Shown one piece after another: positions 53,801-64,000 of a stretch of DNA of 64,000 nt (positions are counted from its first letter, which is position 1; each line of letters starts with the position of its first letter). Made by a program: the position numbers and the translations under genes. The notes beneath the pieces were generated by a model. The model was not told the DNA's origin. It worked only from the letters and a program-made list of their open reading frames with translations, and ran no database searches. The stretch is taken from positions 15,522,101-15,586,100 of the forward strand of contig NC_092677.1 of the NCBI RefSeq assembly GCF_964355755.1, read 5' to 3'. This DNA is from Antedon mediterranea (Eukaryota > Animalia > Echinodermata).

Positions 53801-56800
53801 TCACAAATGACATCATGCTCGTTGATTCTAGGGAAAACTGTCTAATGAGCTTGTGCTTTTCAAGATTTTTGGTAGGATTGAACAACAGTAAATTGACCCA
53901 GATGCTTTTTCCATCTCCTTTACAGTCTGACCCGTCTAAGGGTACGTTCACACGTATGGCATAAGACTGGCGTGGCTTATGCAAGTGGTAAGGTAATCCA
54001 CAGATTAAAATGATCAGGTGTTCACACGTAAACAAAGAAGTCCAAGTATCGTTTACGTCCTAAAAGTTAAACCCTTTGTTCCTTTTTAGATTTTACACTG
54101 TCTTGATGACCATCTTTTGTTGTTTTTTAACCATTTCTTGAAATATAGTCAGCGCTTGATTTCTAAATCAATTCTTTCCCAAAAAACACTCTGCTTTTGG
54201 CCATTATTTATTTTTATTTCACCCTGAACAATTCATGCTCTTTTAGATTGAAGAACAGAGAGCAGCTAAATAGCTTGTTTTTATTTCAGCAATCAAATTC
54301 ACAGTAAAAAACAAGAATTAATTAATAAATATCTTGAAATAAGGTCAAAATCATTCAAGCGTGGCTGGAGTTAGCTCCGTGGCATTAGTTAAGATGGGGT
54401 ATGTAGCTGACGTTAATAACGCCACGGACGTGGCTTAGTGAGTTGCGTTAATAACTCCATTGCCATAGTTCACCCGCACATTACAATTTTTGACATATTT
54501 TAATTGTTTTTCCGCCACACATTTCTGTGTAGCATACCGGAACAACGCAAGATATATCAACCTCATCCCAATATTTATGTAACATAAAATTAGGCCATTG
54601 TCTGGTATTATTGCCAACAAAGACTACATTAAACACCACCATCATCTACTTCCATTTATTCTTGGTAAGGCATCAACTTAAAATGCATTTTAAATGTTTA
54701 TATTATATAAATTTAGATTCTGTTTCTATTCAAAATACAGTAGGCCTACCTTCAACAATGGAAAGATCTTCTAAGGCTGTAAGGAAATTATCACGTTCTG
54801 AATGTCCACTCAAATTAAGAGCATATGTTGTAATAGCTAGAACATAAGGATCTGTGTTGAACGTAGACAACTGGCCTACAATGTAGACATTGGCCTTATT
54901 CAAAGAGCTTGTAAGTTCATTTAAAGTTGCCTGATAAAAAAAAAAAAAAAAGCTTAATAATGACTGAAGAGACCGTATGTGAATTAACTGTTTTTAATAT
55001 GTTGTAGTCTTTTACATAATTATTACTTTTTGTCATTTTGAAAAGAGACTCGCAACTACAGAAAATTCCCTTTTCTTGTGTAAGATCCATGCTGTTGGCT
55101 AAATAAATGAGAACTTTAATTGCTTCAAGTAAAAAATGTGATGCACCTCTGTAGGAATAGTTGTGGAGAGGGTGGTGAACTAACGTACATTTGAGCTATT
55201 TTATTAGGACCTAAATGGAAACAAATTCTTTATTGGTGATTACAGTAAATGAGTTAAAAACAAAAATATGGAAGATCAGAAACTCAGACGCATAACAATA
55301 ATGCCATAAAATATGGCTATACTGCAATTGGTCAATTAGGTACCTTCTACTCAGCAATGCACCACTATACACTATGACGTACCACATACGATTGTATTCT
55401 AAAATAAATCCTTGTACTGTAAGTGAAGATGTAAGTACAGTGATTGTTAATATTTGAACACAAATGGCAGCCATGTTGGATCATCTCACTACACTTGGAT
55501 AGTTTGTAAAGTTGTATAAATATTCTAACCTGTTTTAAACCACGCCCATTCTTAGCTTCTTGTATCACAACAACGACATATGCAGTAAGTGTTACAGGCC
55601 CTGATACTCCTCCCTGAAAATCGAAACAAACAAAGTACAAAACAAATATTCCAATTAAGAATTTGCAATTAGAGCAATTAAACTAAGCTCAATAAAACTA
55701 AGGTACAGTACATACAAAATGATTTAAAATAGTTTCTATTACAGTAAATTATTACTAGGAGTAACGGCTAAAGCATTATATATCTTTTTAGAAATTAAAA
55801 CTTTCGTTCAAGGAGCTATGTTTGTTAAAAATATTAAATGACATTCATAATTATATGACTCATGACTATGAAACAAACATAGCAGCCTGAATGCTACTGT
55901 CTAACCTGCATATCTCTGTGGAAAATTTTGCCTGGTTCCATGAATGATCCATCAGTATTCTGCTGTTCCAACAACCAAGTGATAGCCTTCTCAACAACTT
56001 TCATGTCTATATAAATATAGTCCTGGGCCTGAATGAATGATTTAATAACAAAAGCTGTCAACCATGTACTTCCAGAAGGATCACTATTCCCAAAAGCACT
56101 AAAAGATCCATCTTTATGCTGGTATTTGAGCTCTCTTTGATAGCCTAGAAATAAAGTAGTAATTGTATTACTAAAGAGGAATAAGATAGTAAATGATCCA
56201 GTATTTTTTATGCAATTTACCAATGTTATTGACAAACTTTAATACCAAAAATACAAATACAAAATACATTTATTCATCAAATTACAAATAAAATAATATT
56301 ATGTACAATGATTCAAGTAAATTATGAAAGGATGAAATAGGAAAAAATAATTATTGCAACATACCAGTTTTCATGAATGTGAGTGCCTTTTCCTTGATTT
56401 CTGGATTGTTCTGATCTGTGTTCGTAAGGTAATCATAAATGAAAACATCCGGAGCAAAGCCTATCATATTCTGCTCACCGCATCCAGAGGGCATCCGCAA
56501 AAGTTCATCCAATCCACTCATTGTTGGTCCCATCTGGTCTCCTAAATGGAAAATAAGTGAACCATGCTGTGCCGTTTACAAGAGTACTGTGTTTATTGCT
56601 ACCTTTAGCAAAATTGTTTAATGATACCTGTGTTTTAAGGCAGAGTTTGGTTGAACCCTGCCTACATTTGTCAGGGAAACAAGTACAGTAGAGGGCACTT
56701 TGAGAGTGCACTTTGACCTTCAGTATATTTTTCCTACATAAAAAATGTTATCAAACAACATGCCTTTGATTGTCTTTAGAAGCAAAGTATTGATGAAAAC

Positions 56801-57496
56801 GTTGAGTAACTCAGTTCTTTTCCACATATGTGGTGTGTACTGCAAACTTATATCATCATTAATTTGTAGTGTAATTACATTGTACTGTTGAAGTATAATG
56901 GTTGTCTGGAATTTAATCAATTTTTCCAATATCATATTCATAATTGCAACCTCTAATTAAGTTCACATACAAAAAAACGATGTGTCTTTGTACCAACTCG
57001 CACTACCTTTGCCCCTCACGCCCAGTTTATCTATAAACTTCAAACTGTAGTATGTGTATGTTTATTTATTTTTAATTTAACTAAATGACAAACTTGGTTG
57101 AGCTCTGCTTTTTTGGTCTTCCTTTCATTCATTTTAACCTTGTATCGATATTGAAATTGTTCGTGTTCGATAAATAAATAAAATGATTAGAGGAAATCAG
57201 GTTAACCATTGAGCTACTGTATAGTGCCATACAAATAAAAATAAAACTGTCTATAATAGGACACTATTTTATTTTACAAACAAAACATACTCTGATAATC
57301 TAAATCCAAAACATGATTAGAAGAAACAATCTGACTGAAGAAATGACGTACCAGTTGTGGCCAACTTCACATAAACAGATCAATCAATCACACCATTAGG
57401 AGGAAGATCAATAAAAAATGACTTTGTAAAATGGCCGTTGGTTTCAGTTAGATCAATAAGGTCTGCATATGTGTAAAATTCAGTTACACCCTCAGG
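50867..57496 (-). CDS. CD109-like thioester-containing protein, copy 2 (last 11 exons; 5' part lies beyond the window)
   Basis: Exons (minus strand): 57496-57352, 56541-56365, 56144-55906, 55613-55530, 54930-54750, 53504-53281, 53059-52901, 52710-52538, 52192-52030, 51717-51612, 51093-50867. The first ten have the same lengths as in copy 1. MPSGCGEQNM (GCGEQ at 56471-56485) and EPGKIFHRDMQGG; no stops seen. Confidence 0.95.
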
Positions 57497-58110
57497 CTGA
57501 ATGTAAAAGAAATACAGATTATCAACAACACAACATTGTTCAAATTTCATCACTATAAGATATATTGTAGTAGGGCTATTTTTATTTAATTCACAAAATA
57601 TAATATAAAAACTAAAATACTATTTAAAATTAAAATTGCATCCAGCATTGGCAGAGATATCCTTATTTATTTGAATGTTATTTGAATGTTTGTCTAGTTG
57701 TTTTCCAGATTGAGAGTAGCTTCGTAAGTAACATATTCTACAAACTGCCCATATATCTACTCCATTTGTATAGAGTAGTAATAGTGGGAGTGATGGTAAA
57801 ATAGATGAGTTGCATGTGTTCAAGACCTGTCTGCGCCATATTGCCTTTATCTTTTAGGCAATATACTTAACTCTCATTGCCCTGTTCCTCGAATGAGATG
57901 TAAAGTCACTGGTCTTATGTACAATGCACATATGCACAATTATACAAACCAACAATAGTGTTGGTAGACTATGAGTGACCTAGATATCTCTACAGGTAGG
58001 GATCTCACAAAACAGAAAAATAACTTTACAAAAACAATGGGGTTATATTCTGTACTGAACATGGTAGAGTGGCTAATCCTAATTTCCTCATATTCTAAGG
58101 ATGATTATTA

Positions 58111-58401
58111 ACACCTTGAATTACCTTGAATTACCTTGAAATTAAGGCTAAAGCAAATTGCTTATTCGCCTCTCTGGAATTACAAATCTCTTACATACGG
58201 CTGAAACTTCTGGTGGTGATTTTTCCAGTGTTCTTTCAAATTAGACTTAAACTGATTCAATGACTTTGACTCTACAACAACTCTCGGCAAAGCGTTCCAA
58301 TCGTTAACTACTCTTGCTCCAAAATTATTTGATCCCCATTTAGTTTTGACCCGCGGCTTTAATAGTTTGAAAGAATGACCTCTAGTATAATGGATAGTTA
58401 G
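58111..58401 (-). mobile_element. CR1 LINE 3' end fragment, cut by the Gypsy insertion
   Basis: TRGHSFKL...FGARVVNDWNALP..VV.SKSLNQFK and an (aattcaaggt)n tail at 58112-58143. Confidence 0.85.
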
Positions 58402-59654
58402 TGTAACCCAGGCTACAAAAGTAGGCCAGTCAAAGAAGATGAAGGGTAACCCAGGCCACAAAAGTGTGCCAGTCCAAGGAAATTGCAACATTTACACATT
58501 CCTACTTCCTTACAAACAAAGAAAGTACTGACCAACATACTTTAAGTATGAGCTAATTATTTTAAGGATAAACTATTAGCTGATCAAACTCCAAATAAGG
58601 AAATAGGGCCACCATCATCTACCATTAGATAATGGTCCAGGAATGTATTTCGGAACAACAGGGTGGGGCCAAGACATATAAAAAAGACTGCAGAGTTGGG
58701 AAAAATCACAACTCAACTCTAAATCTATTGAGAGCAGTCAGGTCCTCCCTGATACTTTTTGTACGTTCTGAAAGAAGTTGTATTTACACTTATTCCTTGC
58801 TCAACAAATTCAGGTAAGATAACCAACATAAACTTATTATTTTGTAGCGTAAGTAACATAGCTAAGTCCTTTAGTTGTACTTGTTAACTACATATAGGAT
58901 ACTACTTTTATGTTTATCATTGCTTGTTGTCCAACAATGAATTTATTATCTTAGATACAACTTGATATATTGTAAATATGTACTATATGTTTGACCACCT
59001 TATATCGTATTGATTGTATGTTTATATGTAAGTTAGAGTGTAGTAATAAGACCCTGTCATTATATACTCACTAGGCTATGATTTATTAGCTAATCCTAAA
59101 TTATCCTTGAATGAAGCCTGTATAGAGAATTCTGTAGTTATAGGAATTAAATACAAAAAGGCTACCGTAGTAGACAACTCAACTCTAAATCTATTGAGAG
59201 CAGTCAGGTCCTCCCTGATACTTTTTGTACGTTCTGAAAGAAGTTGTATTTACACTTATTCCTTGCTCAACAAATTCAGGTTGAGGGAAGATTGCCTAAG
59301 TTGGATTCTGTGTGTAAAGTCCACAGCCAGACGAGGGAATCGGTGGAGTGTATAAGCATCAAACTTCGAACGGGTTTACCACACCAAAAAGGGGACAAGC
59401 TCGACCACTGCCAGTTGTCAACAAACTTAAGTTTGACTTGTTATCTAAATCTTTAAGCATACTTAATTATAAGTCGCATATTGTATAATTTGTATTATGA
59501 TTTAGAATAATAACACATCTACTATAAGCCAACTATTTTGTACTCTTTTATTTATTATCTATGTGTGTCTAGTGCCGCTGCCCCAATCAACTCGAACCCC
59601 GCTCACCTCAACCCTAAGTCGATAATCTTTTGTGTTGTGTGTAGAGCGGTTACA
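58402..59654 (+). repeat. 5' LTR (1253 bp) of a Gypsy retrotransposon
   Basis: TGTAACC...GGTTACA termini, TATA-like catataaaa near 58676, followed by the PBS. Confidence 0.88.
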
Positions 59655-59661
59655 TAAAAAC

Positions 59662-59679
59662 TGGCGCCCAATGTGGGGC
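59662..59679 (+). promoter_or_regulatory. Primer binding site, tRNA-Lys(CUU)
   Basis: TGGCGCCCAATGTGGGGC, one mismatch from TGGCGCCCAACGTGGGGC. Confidence 0.9.
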
Positions 59680-59884
59680 TTGAAAAGGCACTAGTTAGAT
59701 AATAAATTTATAATTATATACTATATTGCATATTTTTATCATTGTATTATATTTCATGCTTTTCAATTTTACTTTATAAAATTTTTGTACCCGTATATAT
59801 CTAATTATTGTTTTACAATTTGTAATATTTGATCGTAATTTCACTTATTTTAATTTACAATTGTAACTTCTTATTTTGTATACC

Positions 59885-61204
59885 ATGGATATATATGACT
59901 GGTGTATTAAACACAAGGTCGATCCTAGTCATGCTATTGCATTAAGGGGTGTATTGAAGGCCAATTATAGTCACGATAGAATACCTAATGCATTCAAAGA
60001 AATAGATCGATCCCAGGTTGTTGAAGTTATAGATGAAACAGATATCACTTTTCAATTACTACTTTCGTTTTCCAAACCTGTAGTAGATCTAAATATCCCC
60101 ACAACCATTGACCACACAGATAACGAAAACTGGACTATTATAAAATGGGATGGGAAGACCCCAGAAAAGGACACCCATATCCTACCCACAGATTTCCAGG
60201 GACAACTACAAACATTTCTCTTAGAACATGGGAAAACCCTGAACGATCTTAGGCTAGATTCCATCCCCTCCGACACCAAAGAAGTAGTAGTAAAACACCT
60301 AATAGGCAACAACGTGCCCCGTACGGCCGGTGTTCGTCGGTTACGACAGTTTTCGGGACGGGTGCCAATCCCTTCAAATGAGGTAGACTTTGAGACTTGG
60401 TCTCAACTAGTCCAACAACTTTTAAGGGATGATAGCTTATCACAGGCTGAACAAAAGAGCATCTTAAGTCAAAGTCTCTTTCCTCCAGCACTTAATATCC
60501 TAAATAAAGTGACTGATAAATCAACTGCTAGGGAATGCCATGATGTACTTAATGAGGTCTATGGTTTGGCAGTGGATGCAGATGACCTCTATACTCTATT
60601 TAGGGAGACATATCAGTCGGAAGGGGAACTGCCCTCTAAATTTTTAATGCGCCTAGATGAAAATCTAACTAGGGCAACAAAGGCTGGGGCAGTTGGGGTA
60701 GCAAAGGCTGACCATATGAGACTAGCTCAATTTGTCCGTGGGCTAGTATATGACGAGATGCTATCATCTACATTAAACCTGAAACAACGCAAATCAAATC
60801 CCCCTACTTATTTAACACTGATTAAAGAAGTTAGAAGTGAGGAAATTAATAGTAGGGCTAGGGCAGAAAAGCGAACACCTAAGGCAGTTAGTGCCAAGGC
60901 TGCGTTATGTAGCTATGAAGCCCTTAGCCATGAGGTAGAAGTTCTTAGAACTGAGCTACATCACCTCAAATCAACACCAAGCCCACCAGAGTCCACCCCT
61001 AACCCAAAAACGCGTTCTTCACCTGCGCCAAACACTAGGCCTAAAATATGTTATAATTGTGGCGAGGATGGGCACCACATGAGGGGTTGTCCCAACCCAA
61101 CTAATGCCACATTAGTACAGCAGAAATTGGTCAAACGGTTTAATCAGGCGGGAAACGGCAGAGGGCATCCGGGAAGAAGGGACAACGGTCTGCCCCATCA
61201 GTAA
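59885..61204 (+). CDS. gag: Gag, PNMA/Ma-like capsid with CCHC zinc knuckle
   Basis: RRLRQFSG..P....EVDFETW, YQSEGELPSKFLMRL, RLAQFVRG, CYNCGEDGHHMRGC; ATG at 59885. Confidence 0.92.
   Translation: MDIYDWCIKHKVDPSHAIALRGVLKANYSHDRIPNAFKEIDRSQVVEVIDETDITFQLLLSFSKPVVDLNIPTTIDHTDNENWTIIKWDGKTPEKDTHILPTDFQGQLQTFLLEHGKTLNDLRLDSIPSDTKEVVVKHLIGNNVPRTAGVRRLRQFSGRVPIPSNEVDFETWSQLVQQLLRDDSLSQAEQKSILSQSLFPPALNILNKVTDKSTARECHDVLNEVYGLAVDADDLYTLFRETYQSEGELPSKFLMRLDENLTRATKAGAVGVAKADHMRLAQFVRGLVYDEMLSSTLNLKQRKSNPPTYLTLIKEVRSEEINSRARAEKRTPKAVSAKAALCSYEALSHEVEVLRTELHHLKSTPSPPESTPNPKTRSSPAPNTRPKICYNCGEDGHHMRGCPNPTNATLVQQKLVKRFNQAGNGRGHPGRRDNGLPHQ
61150..61194 (+). promoter_or_regulatory. -1 programmed ribosomal frameshift signal
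   Basis: G GGA AAC in the gag frame (61150-61156) with pol open in the -1 frame; downstream GGCAGA...TCTGCC complementarity. Confidence 0.8.
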
Positions 61205-64000
61205 AAAGGTCCCAACAAAAGAGAAAGGGAAACACTGGAACAAAAACATCCAATAATTTACTCCATAGTGCAATATCACAAACTAATAATCTTATAGGCG
61301 ACCCTAGTGTCGTAACAATAATTGTTGACGGTCATATATGTAATGCAATGTTAGATACAGGCTCGCAGGTTACATGTATCAGTGAAGACTTTTATAAAGA
61401 TAAATTAAGGGATAAGCCTATATACCCATTAACCGATTTAATAGTAACTGGTGCTGGCGGTCAGAACGTACCTTATCTAGGTTATATAGAGGTCAATTTA
61501 ACGTTTCCTAAAGTCCAGACGGGCTATACTAAACAATTCCCAACATTAGCTTTAGTGTGCCCCAAATTAGGGAAGGGACTGTCTATGTTAATGGGCACCA
61601 ACACCAGTATAGTTCGGGATCTGGCCACTGGCTGGACAAATACTAAGAAAAAGGGAAGGAAAGTAGGCCCCATACACTCTGCTTGGGCTGAAGTGTATAA
61701 AGAGGATAAGGCTAAGAAAGATAAACTAGGCCCCGTTAAAATATGTTCTCCTATGACAATACCTAGAGGAAAAATAGTAGAGGTAGAATGTGTTATAAAG
61801 AACACAGTACACCCTAACTTAGATGTGTTAATTGAAGCATCCCCGGATACCCCACTTCCTGGAGGGCTTTTAATCACACCCTTAATAGTCAAGTTAGAAC
61901 ATATGGGCCCAGTTAAACTTAGAGTTCCTTTGTCAAATTCTAGTAAAGAAATTAGGCTAAATAGAAACTTTAAGATTGCCACTGCTTTCATCCCCCAGTC
62001 TATAACGCATCACAGTCCGGAAGTTCACTGTAACTCAAGTACGGCCTCAAACAATTTTAATTTTGATAGCTCGCCAATTTCACATATAGATAAGGCGAAA
62101 TTTATTAATTTACTTAATAATCATCCGAATGTTTTTTCAAAGAATGATTTAGATATAGGGAGAACTTCGGCTGTAAAACATAAAATACACCTAACTAATG
62201 ACACCCCATTCCGTCAACCTTGTAGGAGGATACCCCCATCTGATTTCAATGATGCTAGGGACCACATTCAAGATTTATTAAGGAAGAATATCATTAGAGA
62301 GTCCGAAAGCCAGTATAGTTCTCCTATAGTATTAGTCAGGAAAAAGAAGACTAACGAAATTCGATTATGTATAGATTACAGACTTCTAAATTCTAGGACG
62401 GTTAGGGACCAATACAACGTCCCCAACATTGAAGATGCCCTTACAACCTTACGTGGTGCCAAATGGTTCTCATGTCTTGACCTCAAATCAGGCTATTACC
62501 AAATTGAAATGGCTGAGGAGGATAAAGCAAAAACTGCATTTTGGTGCCCATTGGGATTCTATGAATTTAACCGAATGCCCCAAGGGATCACTAATGCCCC
62601 CGCCACCTTCCAGCGACTAATGGAGAAGTGCATGGGGGAGTTAACATTCTCCGACGTTCTAGTTTATTTAGATGACTTACTAGTTTTTTCAACCACACTA
62701 GACGAACACCTAGCTAAGTTAGACAAAGTATTATCTAGGCTTGAAGAGTATGGCTTGAAACTAAATCCAGACAAGTGCAATTTTGCCCAAACTTCCATTA
62801 AGTGCTTGGGCCATGTCATTTCAGAGGATGGGGTAAGCACTGACCCAGATAAGGTAGAGGCTGTCAAATCTTGGCCCCGCCCCTCAAATGTAAAAGAATT
62901 GAAATCATTTCTAGGTTTTGCTGGTTATTATCGACGATTTATACAGCATTATAGCCATATTGCCAAACCATTAAACCAACTTATGACTAAGTATGACCCA
63001 ATACGTAAACGAGGTAAAACGTTCAAAAAACCTAAATCCAATACTCCCTCAGAAAGGCGCCCTAGTCCTAATACCCCATTTGGTACTAACTGGTCCGAAT
63101 CATGTCAGGTGGCATTTGATGTACTAATAGATAAATTGTCTTCAGCCCCTATATTAGGATTCGCAGACTACAATTCACCATTTATTCTACATACCGACGC
63201 TAGCACAAGCGGGTTAGGTGCAGCCCTATATCAAGAGATAAATGGGATAAAGAGGGTAATTGCCTATGCTAGTCGTGGGTTATCCAAAAGTGAAGCCAAT
63301 TATCCTGCTCATAAATTAGAGTTTCTTGCCCTAAAATGGGCGGTGACTGAGAAATTTACTGACTATCTTTATGGTCAACGATTTGTAATTTACACCGATA
63401 ATAACCCCTTAACGTACGTGTTGACGACAGCTAAGCTTGACGCTACAGGTCAAAGGTGGCTTGCCGCCCTGGTCAATTACAACTTTGATATTAAATACAA
63501 AGCAGGTAGAAACAATCAAGATGCAGACGGTCTTAGTCGTCGCCCACATGACCCCCCTTCCAATGACTTTGAATACGAACAATATCAAGAGAAAGCTGAC
63601 GAAGTGTTAGGTAGAGTAAAATTTTCATCCTGTTCGTTCACAGCAGTCTGTAATGCTAAAATAGTTAATAAGTCTACTATACCTAATGATACAACACCCT
63701 TAGTTGAGTCAGTTAGTGATTCTCCTGATGCAATCCCCGCCATCTATGATAACCCTATTAGGCCTATAGATGGGCAGTCAACCTTGCCTAATGTTACTGC
63801 AGCGGAGTGGGTAGAGCATCAACAACAAGACCCTAATATAAAACCTATTTTTAAATTTGTATATAACAAACGGAAACCTACACAAGATGAACTCACAAAA
63901 TTACCCGAGGAAACTAGGCTACTCCTGAGACAGTTTGATAAATTATTGGTAAAAGATAATATTCTATACCGCCAATTTGTAAATAATATCGGAGCTATGC
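61150..64000 (+). CDS. pol: Pol (protease, RT, RNase H; integrase core expected beyond the window), partial
   Basis: Motifs in one frame: MLDTGSQVT, RLCIDYR, LDLKSGYYQI, RMPQGITNAPATFQRLME, YLDD (62665-62676), FILHTDAS, LEFLALKWAV, TDNNPL, ADGLSR. Absent from the ORF track, consistent with having no stop inside the window. Confidence 0.93.

Larger units (their letters stand above)
58402..64000 (+). mobile_element. Ty3/Gypsy LTR retrotransposon, apparently intact, antisense within a TEP copy 2 intron; runs off the window
   Basis: LTR, tRNA-Lys PBS, gag, -1 slippery site, then PR-RT-RNase H. Confidence 0.95.

Noticed and set aside
50867-57496. TEP copy 2 as an uncollapsed haplotype of copy 1
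   Set aside because: Introns are largely unalignable and carry different insertions, and exons have many substitutions, so it is a true paralog.
60052-62867. Antisense and alternate-frame ORFs over gag/pol (also those over the LINEs and TEP exons)
   Set aside because: Shadow ORFs of real coding frames.

Overview
AT-rich, intron-rich animal DNA, inferred to be from a marine invertebrate deuterostome; the taxon is not provable from sequence alone. The window holds a tandem array of minus-strand CD109-like thioester proteins (TEPs). Copy 1 is complete: 30 coding exons, 44954->22849, 4545 nt, about 1514 aa, all splice phases consistent. Copy 2 is present as its last 11 exons (57496->50867), and there are traces of further decayed copies. 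Also present: a 3-exon secreted protein with a PAN/apple-like domain and three Link-like modules (15137-17147), and many nested transposons (a non-autonomous Gypsy LTR element carrying a Rex1/Babar LINE, a CR1 LINE split by a solo LTR and a Helitron, an apparently intact Gypsy element with PNMA-like gag and a GGGAAAC -1 frameshift, tRNA-derived SINEs and MITEs). Three observations stand out. (1) The two TEP paralogs differ at the thioester catalytic position (His versus Asp), the same switch that separates C4B from C4A. (2) TAGGCCTA motifs are abundant, and paralog alignments show they are 6-bp insertions at TA sites, probably transposon excision footprints, one lying in-frame in a coding exon. 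(3) The PAN-plus-3xLink architecture is unusual for an invertebrate. All coordinates and counts were read by eye.
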